DNA of 49,414 nucleotides from a virus (Duplodnaviria; Heunggongvirae; Uroviricota; Caudoviricetes): IMG/VR virus record IMGVR_UViG_3300027631_000003; one strand, 5' to 3'. Shown piece by piece: positions 18,380 to 27,201 of this stretch (position 1 is its first letter; each line of letters starts with the position of its first letter). The notes under the pieces were generated by a model. It saw only the letters and a program-made list of their open reading frames with translations, ran no database searches and was not told where the DNA came from. The position numbers and the translations under genes were made by a program.

Positions 18380-19692
18380 TATTTATTTAGTTTAGGTAAT
18401 TCTAATTGATTTAATTTAGGTAAAGATAAAGGGATAAATTTCGGGATAGGTTGTGTTTTTTCATTTAAAATCTGACTTAATCTTTCAGTCATTTTATCTA
18501 ATGAAAATTTATTTTTAGATATATTTGCTTGTTTTTTAGCTAACGGGATAAATTTTTTATAATTTTCAAATACTTCTTTTAAAGCGTACCCTGCTTGTCC
18601 ATCATTTGGAGCAAACCATTGAGAATCAGCAATTAACATATTAGGTACTACTGCGGATGCGTGTATTTGTTTTAACTCACCACCTACTAAAACAGCAGCA
18701 TCTTTATTTAAGAAATCAATATGACCTGACCATCCTGAAGCAATTACTGGCTTTTCTGTAACTGTAAATTCTAATAATGGACGACCAAATCCTTCACCTT
18801 TAGTAAATGATACCATTGCTTTTACTTTAGAGTGATTATATAAATCATTTATATCTTCATCTTCTAAATCACCATGTAACAAATAAATGTTAGGTAAACG
18901 ACCACTTACAGTTTTACGAATAGATTCAATTTTTTCAAACATTGAATTACGATCCATAATTGAAGTTGTAGCTGAATTAGTTTTCATAATCAATGCTGGT
19001 GGGTTTGTTTTGCCTTTAAATACTTCTAAAAACGCTTTAACCATATAACCAACATTCTTTCTATCTTCACCAAAATCACCTTGTAACCAATGTCCTACAA
19101 ATAAAAATGCAAAATCTTCTTTAATTTTAGATATTTGTTGTACTAAATCAGTTTGTGATGGAGTCGTTTTAAAGTATTTATTTAAATCTACACCTTCAAA
19201 TAACGTTTCAACAGGTGATGTTAATTTAATAATAGCTGTTGTTTTATTTGAATTTTTATCTTTTTGTTCAAATTGACTATTTTCAAATACTGTTTTTGAA
19301 TGTTCTGATGATGCTAATATTAAATCCATACGATTACAACCTTCAATCCAAGATGGATCACAAATTGTTGTTTCAATACCTGCTGTTACTCCAATACTTA
19401 AATGTTTCCCCATTTTCTGGAATTCATTAGGAACTGTAATTTGGAACCATACATCAGGTTGAATTGGGAGTTGATTACCAGTACCAATAATACGGGATTT
19501 TAAATCCGCTTCCTCTTCAATTTCATCATCTAAGAACCCAAATGGAGTAGATCCCCAACGCTGAGATAATAATTTAATATCCCATTCATCACCTTTGGCT
19601 TTAATTAATGATTTGATAAAATCTCTTGAGCGTGCACCGTATCCACTAAATGTGTCTACGGGTGAGCTTACTATACATAACGGCTTATTCAT
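18379..19692 (-). CDS. GT4-like glycosyltransferase
   Basis: SGYG, RKN, GEGFGRPLLE, SGHIDF. Confidence 0.85.
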   Translation of the reverse strand: MNKPLCIVSSPVDTFSGYGARSRDFIKSLIKAKGDEWDIKLLSQRWGSTPFGFLDDEIEEEADLKSRIIGTGNQLPIQPDVWFQITVPNEFQKMGKHLSIGVTAGIETTICDPSWIEGCNRMDLILASSEHSKTVFENSQFEQKDKNSNKTTAIIKLTSPVETLFEGVDLNKYFKTTPSQTDLVQQISKIKEDFAFLFVGHWLQGDFGEDRKNVGYMVKAFLEVFKGKTNPPALIMKTNSATTSIMDRNSMFEKIESIRKTVSGRLPNIYLLHGDLEDEDINDLYNHSKVKAMVSFTKGEGFGRPLLEFTVTEKPVIASGWSGHIDFLNKDAAVLVGGELKQIHASAVVPNMLIADSQWFAPNDGQAGYALKEVFENYKKFIPLAKKQANISKNKFSLDKMTERLSQILNEKTQPIPKFIPLSLPKLNQLELPKLNK

Positions 19693-21127
19693 GTTCTGCT
19701 ACTGGGTATTTTAAGTAATTTGGTTTATAATCTTCAATTTTAATTAGGTCAAATAATGATCGCGGTGTCCATTTTTCGAATGTTTCATCAATACCATCAA
19801 CAACATTAATACACATATTTTTAGCAGTCATCATTGCTTCGTTTGATGTTACCCACTCACATGCTGCTTTTCCTAATTTAGCATATTCGTTTGAATCTTC
19901 CATTTTTAAAGCATATGCTGATGCTAATTGATTAGCTACATCTCTAAAATCACATCTATCATCAAAGATATATGGTGTTGGAGGAGATCCGATTAATGAA
20001 ATATTACTTGGGAATACTGGAAATGCCCATTTACCATGTTTTTTATATTTACCTAAATGGTTTGATCCGAATTGTTCTGTAAATTTAATCCAATTACCAT
20101 CTTCATCTTCAAAACGCATTTGATCTTGCATACCTCCAGTTACATTTGCTAAAATCGGAGTACCCGCCATCATTGATTCGGTAAGCGATAATCCCCAACC
20201 TTCATTCGAGGATATCAACGCAGTAATATCGGCTAAATTATAGTAATAATTTAATTGAGATTGTGTGATCTTTTGATTTGAAATGTAAATGTTCTTTTGT
20301 TTATCACCCATTAACATTTCAATTACCTTAGGTAAATCGGTACCATTATCATCAATAGCATCTGTATGTAAAATTAAAGCACATTTATCTGCTTGTTGTT
20401 TTGGTAATTTATCAATAAATGTTTTAAATGCTAAAATCAAATCAGAAGTTGATTTACGTCTTAAATTACGAGCATTATGGAATGTTATAAAATCAAATTT
20501 ATTATTACCCAATACTTGCTTTTCAAATTCTTTAAAATCATTTGATGTTTTATCTACTGGGTGGAAATATTTTTCATTAATCCCATGAGGAACATATTTG
20601 ATTAATCTATTTTTAGCTACATCTCCTAATACTACATGATTAATATTTTCAGTTTGTTTTGAAATAGCAAATAATGTATCGCATGACTCGTAGTATGGCT
20701 TATTATACAATGGATAAGGTAAATCATCCCAAATATTTAAGTAAATAATAGGCATTTTTGAACGAATTTCACGCTCATGTTGAAATAACCAAATCCAATA
20801 GCGTGGATCTGTAAACAACATAATTGCGTCTGGTTTTTCAATTTCCATAATTTGACGCACAAATTCAATCGTACCATATCCATCAGTAGGATAAATCATC
20901 ACCGATGCATCTTCTATTTCAGCGCTTTTATTAGTGTCTGAAGATAAATCTAATCTTTGGCCTTTTTCTGGGTGATTAATAGCTCCACCAATATTTACCC
21001 AATTGTAATGATTTGCGGTACCAACAACGATTTCTCTAGCCATAGTTGCTATACCAGAGGTAAATCTAATGTCGTCGCACATTAATAGAATCTTTTTCCT
21101 TTGATCTTTAGGAATGTAATTTTGCAT
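19685..21127 (-). CDS. GT4 glycosyltransferase
   Basis: PHG, RNLRRK, NEGWGLSLTESMMAGTP. Confidence 0.88.
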   Translation of the reverse strand: MQNYIPKDQRKKILLMCDDIRFTSGIATMAREIVVGTANHYNWVNIGGAINHPEKGQRLDLSSDTNKSAEIEDASVMIYPTDGYGTIEFVRQIMEIEKPDAIMLFTDPRYWIWLFQHEREIRSKMPIIYLNIWDDLPYPLYNKPYYESCDTLFAISKQTENINHVVLGDVAKNRLIKYVPHGINEKYFHPVDKTSNDFKEFEKQVLGNNKFDFITFHNARNLRRKSTSDLILAFKTFIDKLPKQQADKCALILHTDAIDDNGTDLPKVIEMLMGDKQKNIYISNQKITQSQLNYYYNLADITALISSNEGWGLSLTESMMAGTPILANVTGGMQDQMRFEDEDGNWIKFTEQFGSNHLGKYKKHGKWAFPVFPSNISLIGSPPTPYIFDDRCDFRDVANQLASAYALKMEDSNEYAKLGKAACEWVTSNEAMMTAKNMCINVVDGIDETFEKWTPRSLFDLIKIEDYKPNYLKYPVAEHE

Positions 21128-21144
21128 AACTGATTATTTTGTGT

Positions 21145-21345
21145 TTATAGACTTCCGGACATTACTAATGCATTATAACTATGAATTTGTTTTTTAAACT
21201 CATCATTAGTTAAATATAAATGCATTGCTCTGTTCATTAATTTTTGTAAGTTGAATTTATCTTTTATAGAGGCCATTTTAAATTCCTCAAATATGTCTCC
21301 GTGCACCTTTACACTTGTCAAGACTAATTGTTCATTCTTTCCCAT
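21145..21345 (-). CDS. small ribbon-helix-helix-like DNA-binding protein
   Basis: LTSVKV strand followed by two helices; preceded by class B motif. Confidence 0.5.
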   Translation of the reverse strand: MGKNEQLVLTSVKVHGDIFEEFKMASIKDKFNLQKLMNRAMHLYLTNDEFKKQIHSYNALVMSGSL

Positions 21346-21368
21346 TTTTGTATATTATTATATTTGTA

Positions 21369-21377
21369 TATAAATAT
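21369..21377 (-). promoter_or_regulatory. class B motif ATATTTATA (putative late promoter)
   Basis: Same or near-identical motif at 8595, 10602, 27557, 28950, 40023, 48763, each just upstream of a gene. Confidence 0.55.
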
Positions 21378-21386
21378 ATAACAGAA

Positions 21387-22340
21387 TTAGAAAGATGAAT
21401 CTTTATTGCATAGTTCTTTATTGTCTTTAAACGGACACCACTGACATGATTCCTTAGACACGTTTTTGATTAACTCTGTTGACTTATAAGTGCCATCAGG
21501 GTTGAATACTGTATTGATAAATTCTGTAATGTGTGATACTGCTTTAGTACGTTTGCCTTTACCTGAAGCGGGTTCAACGATTTGAATGCGTTTTTGAGGA
21601 AAATCAAGATTTTCATATAGTTTACGTTTAACGATGAAGAATTCCACATCGATTTGTTCTGGGTCGATATTATACTGTTTAGCAAAGTATTCCTTATATA
21701 GGATAATCTGCTGCATTTTTAGTTCGTCTTTCTTTTCCTTATCTTTCCACCCCATTTTAGATGTTTTGATATCGAATATTTTAATTTTATTAGTATTTTC
21801 GTTGTATAGAACGAAATCAATATATCCTTTTAAATAAACATTAGGATGATTATCATCAATCGGCTGCACTAGAGGCATTTCGATTCCAACTAAATCCCAT
21901 TTTCTAGTACTAAAGTATTCACCTTTATTCTTTTTAAAGTAATCGATAATTGCTAATCCATCTTCATAATAATCACGCATTTCAGTTGCTGATGAGAAAT
22001 GAATACCTTTATTATCGTTTAGTGTTTTCTTGTATTCGTCTGAGAATGTCTGTTGGAAGAATGATTCTATATCAATTCGATCGGCTTCGGCTCCACTTGT
22101 ATCGAACATAACTTGAATGTAGTGTTGCATCGCAACGTGAACTGATGTTCCGAACACTGCAGCCATTGATGGCTGAAAATTACGATACCCTTCTCTATAT
22201 TCTAGACCCCAACGAAATGGACATTTAGCATAAATAGAGAACTGAGAATATGATATTGTTTTATCATTTTGATAATTTATTTCTCTTACCGCTTTGTTTT
22301 TTATTTCCTTTAGAAGGGCGGGTATCGGTGTTTTGGCCAT
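21387..22340 (-). CDS. PD-(D/E)XK Cas4/RecB-like exonuclease
   Basis: ISYSQ...CP, GTSVH, GYIDF...DIKT, QIILY, CQWCPF...C. Confidence 0.85.
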   Translation of the reverse strand: MAKTPIPALLKEIKNKAVREINYQNDKTISYSQFSIYAKCPFRWGLEYREGYRNFQPSMAAVFGTSVHVAMQHYIQVMFDTSGAEADRIDIESFFQQTFSDEYKKTLNDNKGIHFSSATEMRDYYEDGLAIIDYFKKNKGEYFSTRKWDLVGIEMPLVQPIDDNHPNVYLKGYIDFVLYNENTNKIKIFDIKTSKMGWKDKEKKDELKMQQIILYKEYFAKQYNIDPEQIDVEFFIVKRKLYENLDFPQKRIQIVEPASGKGKRTKAVSHITEFINTVFNPDGTYKSTELIKNVSKESCQWCPFKDNKELCNKDSSF

Positions 22341-22713
22341 AACTGTTTAATATGTCTTGAAATTGATCGTTGCTTAATAAAGCAAGATAATCGTTTGCTT
22401 CTCTTTGAGATACTTGTAATAATGAAGATAATTTAGAAACTTTATCCTTATCTATCTTTTCGGAAGCGGCTTTAGTGTATTTAAAATACTTTTTAGCTTT
22501 AGGTAATAATGATAAGTAAATATTATATACTTGTTCTGGTGTTAAATTAGGTATAGCTTGTACTTCATTAGCAAATACACAGTATTCAGAACTCATAGAT
22601 AGGTACCTATGTAGCATATATGGATTAATACTTTTAATTTCAGTATCACTCAGTTTGCTATAAGGTACCTTATCATATGATAAGTAAGATAATATCTTAA
22701 AGAATTCGTTCAT
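22264..22713 (-). CDS. clamp loader small subunit (T4 gp62-like)
   Basis: PYMLHRYLSM...FANEV; near the gp44-like gene. Confidence 0.7.
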   Translation of the reverse strand: MNEFFKILSYLSYDKVPYSKLSDTEIKSINPYMLHRYLSMSSEYCVFANEVQAIPNLTPEQVYNIYLSLLPKAKKYFKYTKAASEKIDKDKVSKLSSLLQVSQREANDYLALLSNDQFQDILNSYGQNTDTRPSKGNKKQSGKRNKLSK

Positions 22714-22997
22714 TATTCAGGACGTGGAAAACGTGAACGTTTTGGAGCATCGCTTACATCTTCAACTGATGGAGCACCTGCTGTAGGTTGTGTTTTAGGC
22801 ATGAATTGTACGTTTACATGTCCACACTTATCACAAGCAAACACGGGGATTGGCATCATACCATCTTGGGCAGTTCCGGTAATAAAGCGGGAAATACTGC
22901 GTAATACTACTGCTTCATGGAATGTAGCGTTACCACACTCATCGCATGTTATCTCGGTAGTATCTTCGAGATTAATGTTCATTTTTACTGGATCCAT
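22713..22997 (-). CDS. Zn-ribbon protein
   Basis: CDEC...CDKC. Confidence 0.65.
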   Translation of the reverse strand: MDPVKMNINLEDTTEITCDECGNATFHEAVVLRSISRFITGTAQDGMMPIPVFACDKCGHVNVQFMPKTQPTAGAPSVEDVSDAPKRSRFPRPE

Positions 22998-23884
22998 TAT
23001 TTAATTATGTTTATAATTGAGGCGATACACGCCATAAAGTTGATTTCTTTATCTACTACTGTTGCATGTTTGAATTGATAATCAGCTAATGTCATTGTGA
23101 TCATTCCATTATCTTTACCTAATTCATCATATAACGCTCTATACATTGGTTCAAAGTCAGATATATTATTGTCTACTAAGTATTGTCTGACTGATTTAAA
23201 TGCGTCTTTACCTTGAATTAATTTAATTACATCTTGTATATCAAATCTAGTACCAGCTTTAACAAGAGTTAACTTACCATCAATACTATTCTGTTGAGTT
23301 ACATTGATGATTTTACGAATATCTGGATAGAAATTAGTAACGATAGCAGATATGTCTGGTAGGTTATATGTAGTATTTTCTGCTTCTAATATAGAAACTA
23401 AATGGCGAGCAATATCTGGTTTAGATAATGTTTCAATTTTAAATGCTTGGCATCTAGATTGTAATGGCTCAATAATACGCTCAACGTAATTACACGTTAG
23501 AATAAAACGTGTTTTAGCCGAGAATGTTTCAATTATATTACGTAACGATGCTTGTGCATTAATAGTTAAATAATCGGACTCATCTAGTATTACTACCTTT
23601 AATGGTTGGAATGTAGATGTAGAAGCGAATGATTTTACTTTATCACGAATCGTATCAATACCGTTTTCATCTGATGCATTAATGTACATCATATCGCAAT
23701 TGATATTTTTAGTGATTAATTTGGCTAATGTAGTTTTGCCTGTACCTGCTTTACCATATAATAATAAATGTGGTATGTCGTTTTTAATGATCCAACTCTG
23801 AATTGTGTTTTTTAATTCATCATTGCCTATATATTGATCTAATGTTTGTGAGCGGTACTTTTCAGTCCAAAGAGTGTGTTGCAT
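22997..23884 (-). CDS. clamp loader AAA+ subunit (T4 gp44/RFC-like)
   Basis: WTEKYR, GKAGTGKT, NASDE, ILDESD, SRC. Confidence 0.93.
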   Translation of the reverse strand: MQHTLWTEKYRSQTLDQYIGNDELKNTIQSWIIKNDIPHLLLYGKAGTGKTTLAKLITKNINCDMMYINASDENGIDTIRDKVKSFASTSTFQPLKVVILDESDYLTINAQASLRNIIETFSAKTRFILTCNYVERIIEPLQSRCQAFKIETLSKPDIARHLVSILEAENTTYNLPDISAIVTNFYPDIRKIINVTQQNSIDGKLTLVKAGTRFDIQDVIKLIQGKDAFKSVRQYLVDNNISDFEPMYRALYDELGKDNGMITMTLADYQFKHATVVDKEINFMACIASIINIIK

Positions 23885-23886
23885 AA

Positions 23887-24036
23887 TTAATTACCTGGAA
23901 TATTATATTTTTCTTGAATGTAATTAAGAGCTTTTAATTTATCAATCGTATCTTCGAGTATAGCGATTTTTTCATTTAGTAAAGCGATTTCCTCTTGGGC
24001 GCGTTCTAATTGTAGTTTTACTGATTTTACTGTCAT
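23887..24036 (-). CDS. small coiled-coil protein (49 aa)
   Basis: Manual translation MTVKSVKLQLERAQEEIALLNEK... Confidence 0.5.
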   Translation of the reverse strand: MTVKSVKLQLERAQEEIALLNEKIAILEDTIDKLKALNYIQEKYNIPGN

Positions 24037-24041
24037 AACAT

Positions 24042-24290
24042 TTATTTTAATTTAACTATTGTTACTACCTCACCTGACTTTAAAGGACATTTATCAGGAA
24101 TGCCATTTACATTACCACTATTTATAATCATATTTTCATATGGGTCCCATCCATCATCTTCCGTTATATAAATAAATCTTCTTTCTTCCGCTCTTTTCTT
24201 AAAATATGGGTGTCTACATTCCATACCATCCATGCTGTTTCCCCAAAATGGACAATCGTTACACTTTGTTACTTCTTCTACTATTGTCAT
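24042..24290 (-). CDS. hypothetical Cys-containing protein
   Basis: CNDCPF...C...CPLK. Confidence 0.6.
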   Translation of the reverse strand: MTIVEEVTKCNDCPFWGNSMDGMECRHPYFKKRAEERRFIYITEDDGWDPYENMIINSGNVNGIPDKCPLKSGEVVTIVKLK

Positions 24291-24523
24291 AGCTTTTCTA
24301 TTTCTTGTTTAACTTCTTGCCAATATCCCATAGTTGAATATTCAACATTTGTAAATGTATTAGAATGTGGATTAGCTAATATTATCTCATCTACTGCAAT
24401 TAATGCACATTGTTTAGTATTATATTTATGTAAATCTTCATCATATAATCCTATCTTATTTCTTGATTCGGCATTATTAAAGAATTTATCATATAGTTCT
24501 AATGCTTGTTCTTTTGGTGTCAT
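24287..24523 (-). CDS. hypothetical phage protein
   Basis: MTPKEQA...CALIAVDEI...YWQEVKQEIEKL. Confidence 0.7.
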   Translation of the reverse strand: MTPKEQALELYDKFFNNAESRNKIGLYDEDLHKYNTKQCALIAVDEIILANPHSNTFTNVEYSTMGYWQEVKQEIEKL

Positions 24524-24538
24524 AACATTTATTTTGAG

Positions 24539-24610
24539 TGGGCCCGGAGGATTACGATACCCCGGCCTAATGATTATGAGTCATTTGCTCTACCTCTGAG
24601 CTACGAGCCC
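24539..24610 (-). tRNA. tRNA-CAT (Ile2 or Met) with atypical T-arm
   Basis: GGGCTCG/CGGGCCC-A; D GCTC/GAGC; AATGA-CTCATAA-TCATT; T-arm GGGGT-ATCGTAA-TCCTC; no encoded CCA. Confidence 0.8.
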
Positions 24611-24615
24611 TAAAT

Positions 24616-24749
24616 TGAAGAACTTACACGGGACCAACCGCAAGGTATTCTTCATGAAGGAGTGTCTATCTGTATTCTCCTAACCCTGGTTCAGGACGTT
24701 TGTGTCGTCTAACCAGTCTCATCAGTTCTCGGCACAACCCTAGATGAGA
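24616..24749 (-). ncRNA. putative four-hairpin structured RNA between tRNA genes
   Basis: Stems TCTCATC/GATGAGA, CTGGTT/AACCAG, AGGAG/CTCCT, TGAAGAA/TTCTTCA back to back; GC-richer than flanks. Confidence 0.5.
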
Positions 24750-24754
24750 GTCTG

Positions 24755-24901
24755 CTGTAGTGGATGGATTCGAACCATCAAGTGGAGATTCAATTGATGA
24801 CAAACGCTTGCAAGCTGGTGGTCTACCCCATATCATCAATCTATTTCTTTATCCACGTCCTCGGGACAGGAGGATACGTGTGCCAGTTCCGCCACACTAC
24901 A
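24755..24901 (-). tRNA. tRNA-Asp(GTC)-like RNA with 78-nt branched variable arm (147 nt)
   Basis: Acceptor TGTAGTG/CACTACA plus G73; D GCG/CGT; TCCTC-CTGTCCC-GAGGA; T-arm GATGG-TTCGAAT-CCATC; variable region 24780-24857. Confidence 0.75.
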
Positions 24902-24907
24902 GTTTAT

Positions 24908-25279
24908 TTACTCTAAATCTAATTCTAATTGGTTACTAGTGTAACTTACATTAGCACCTTTTGGTAAATTAGTCCAAGTTGTATTTCCATTTGTTATAAT
25001 ACTAGAAGCATTATAACTAGTACCACTTCCTGATGTTGTTGTTAAGTTTGTATCACCAGGTTGGCAAGTTATCTTATACTTATCCCATGGATTTACATAA
25101 TGTGGTTCTTGCCACATCGGGCTTGGTTTGAATTCTTCAATAGGTGATCCATAATCAGGACAATCTTTAATCTGATCCAATTCCGAAACAATGGTTTCCC
25201 ATTGCTTCGGTGTTGGTCCTTCTTCATTTACTGCTCTAGCAAATCCTTTAAGCCAAAATATAAATTGATCTTTATTCAT
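24908..25279 (-). CDS. hypothetical phage protein
   Basis: QFIFWLKGF...PTPKQWETI motif. Confidence 0.65.
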   Translation of the reverse strand: MNKDQFIFWLKGFARAVNEEGPTPKQWETIVSELDQIKDCPDYGSPIEEFKPSPMWQEPHYVNPWDKYKITCQPGDTNLTTTSGSGTSYNASSIITNGNTTWTNLPKGANVSYTSNQLELDLE

Positions 25280-26909
25280 ACATTCCCATATTTCCCATGT
25301 CTGGTTGTTGTTGGTCTTTCTTCTCTTCAGGTTTGTTATATATAATTGATTCTGTAATCAAAATTGTACCTGCAACTGATACCGCGTTTTCTAATGCTAA
25401 ACGAGTAACTTTAGTTGGATCGATAATACCTTCTTCAACTAAGTCTGTGATGATTTTAGTTTTTAAATTATAACCATAATCGGATTCAACATTAGCTAAT
25501 CGGTTTACAATACTAAATGATTCTAAATTTTCGTATCCGGCATTAGATAATATTTTTAGGAATGGGGCTGTACAAGCACGATAAACAATATCACGTCCTA
25601 AATCCAAATCTACATTATCGTATTTTTTATTAGCTAATACCTCACGAGCATGTATTAAAGCTACTCCACCACCAGGTAATATACCTTCTTGTAATGCTGC
25701 TTTGGTTGCGTGTAGTGCATCATCAACACGGTCCTTTTTCTCTCTCATTTCTACTTCCGTAGGAGCGCCGATATTAATTACTGCTACACCACCTGATAAT
25801 TTACCTAAACGTTCTTGTAGTTTTTCACGTTCAAACATTGACTTAGCATTGTCGATTTGTTGTTTTAAATCATCAATACGTTGCTCAATTTCCTCAACAT
25901 TACCTTTACCATCAACAATTGTTGTTGTTTCTTTAGCCACTGTAACTAAGCGAGCCGAACCTAGCCAATCGGAATTGAATTTCTCCAACTTCATTCCCTT
26001 TTCTGGTGAGATAACTTGCCCGCCTGTTACTGTAGCAATGTCTTCTAAGATATGCAAACGGCGATCTCCGAAATCAGGTGCTTTAACTACTGCTGCTTTT
26101 AGAATACCACGCATCTTATTTACTAATAATGTTGATAGCGCTTCACCATCAATATCTTCAGCAATAACTAACAATTCATCATTTGATTGTGATAATGAAT
26201 TTAATAGCGGTAGTAATTCCTTAACTTGAGTTAAACGGCCATTATACAATAGAATCTTCGGATTGTTTAATGTAGCTGTCATTGTATCGTTATTAGTAAC
26301 GAAGTATAATGATTTATATCCTTTATCGATTTGAATACCTTCTACAATCTCTAATGACGTTTCACCAATACGAGATTCCTCTACTGTAACTACACCATCT
26401 ACACCTACTGCTTGCATTGCCTCAGAAATCAATGCACCGATTTCCTCATCACCATTAGCTGAAATAACTGCTACTTGCTTGATTTGCTCGTCTGAAGTAA
26501 TATCTTTAGATATTTCTTTAATTTTAGCAATAACTTCCTTAGTTGCTTGCTCAATACCGCGTTTAACTTCTACTGCATTCGATCCAGCTTTAATAGCATT
26601 GAATCCATCTGCAATCATAGTAGCAGCAAGTAATGTAGTTGTAGTAGTGCCATCACCAGCTAAATCAGCTGTTTTAATTGCTGCTTGTTTTAATAATTGT
26701 GCACCAATGTTTTCGATTGGGTTTTCCAATTCAATTGAACGAGCAACTGTAACACCGTCTTTAGTTGATACTGGGTTCTCACCTGCATTATCGATGATTA
26801 CGTTACGACCGTTTGGTCCTAATGTGCACGTAACTGCATCTGATAATTTGATGACGCCTTTTAATAATTTGGTTTTTGCGTCTTGATTAAATACTATTTG
26901 CTTACTCAT
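25272..26909 (-). CDS. groEL: chaperonin GroEL
   Basis: TLGPNGRNV, TKDGVTVA, GDGTTT, GGGVA. Confidence 0.97.
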   Translation of the reverse strand: MSKQIVFNQDAKTKLLKGVIKLSDAVTCTLGPNGRNVIIDNAGENPVSTKDGVTVARSIELENPIENIGAQLLKQAAIKTADLAGDGTTTTTLLAATMIADGFNAIKAGSNAVEVKRGIEQATKEVIAKIKEISKDITSDEQIKQVAVISANGDEEIGALISEAMQAVGVDGVVTVEESRIGETSLEIVEGIQIDKGYKSLYFVTNNDTMTATLNNPKILLYNGRLTQVKELLPLLNSLSQSNDELLVIAEDIDGEALSTLLVNKMRGILKAAVVKAPDFGDRRLHILEDIATVTGGQVISPEKGMKLEKFNSDWLGSARLVTVAKETTTIVDGKGNVEEIEQRIDDLKQQIDNAKSMFEREKLQERLGKLSGGVAVINIGAPTEVEMREKKDRVDDALHATKAALQEGILPGGGVALIHAREVLANKKYDNVDLDLGRDIVYRACTAPFLKILSNAGYENLESFSIVNRLANVESDYGYNLKTKIITDLVEEGIIDPTKVTRLALENAVSVAGTILITESIIYNKPEEKKDQQQPDMGNMGMYE

Positions 26910-27201
26910 TGTCTTCTGTTTCGATTAATGCTAAAACGTTATTTTCTCCTGTAACGAGGTATTCTACCCCATCATATTCTACTCTTACTGGTCCGATTTT
27001 AGGTAGGATAACTTTATCACCTACTTTAAATGTAGATGGAATTAATTTACCTTCTCCATTTCGGCGTCCAGGTCCTACTCCGATAATAGTTCCAACGTGG
27101 GGCATTTCCTTGCCCATATCTGGTACTACAATTGAACCGTAGAATTTCTCTCCGGATTCTTCATTTTTAACGACGATATTGTCGAATACTGCTTTTATCA
27201 T
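26902..27201 (-). CDS. groES: co-chaperonin GroES
   Basis: VGPG, KVGDKV; directly upstream of groEL. Confidence 0.92.
   Translation of the reverse strand: MIKAVFDNIVVKNEESGEKFYGSIVVPDMGKEMPHVGTIIGVGPGRRNGEGKLIPSTFKVGDKVILPKIGPVRVEYDGVEYLVTGENNVLALIETEDNE

Noticed and set aside
21387-22340. Cas4 as part of a CRISPR system
   Set aside because: No repeat-spacer array or other cas genes; typical stand-alone phage exonuclease in a replication cluster
24718-24725. CTGATGAG, the hammerhead ribozyme core
   Set aside because: No GAAA after the following stem, and the motif is paired with upstream CTCATC
24616-24754. tRNA-associated HDV-like (theta) ribozyme
   Set aside because: Could not find the nested double pseudoknot or the UCC-CG type L3 loop by eye
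24780-24857. Group I intron in the tRNA-Asp-like gene
   Set aside because: 78 nt is far too short and it is not in the anticodon loop; no clear bulge-helix-bulge either
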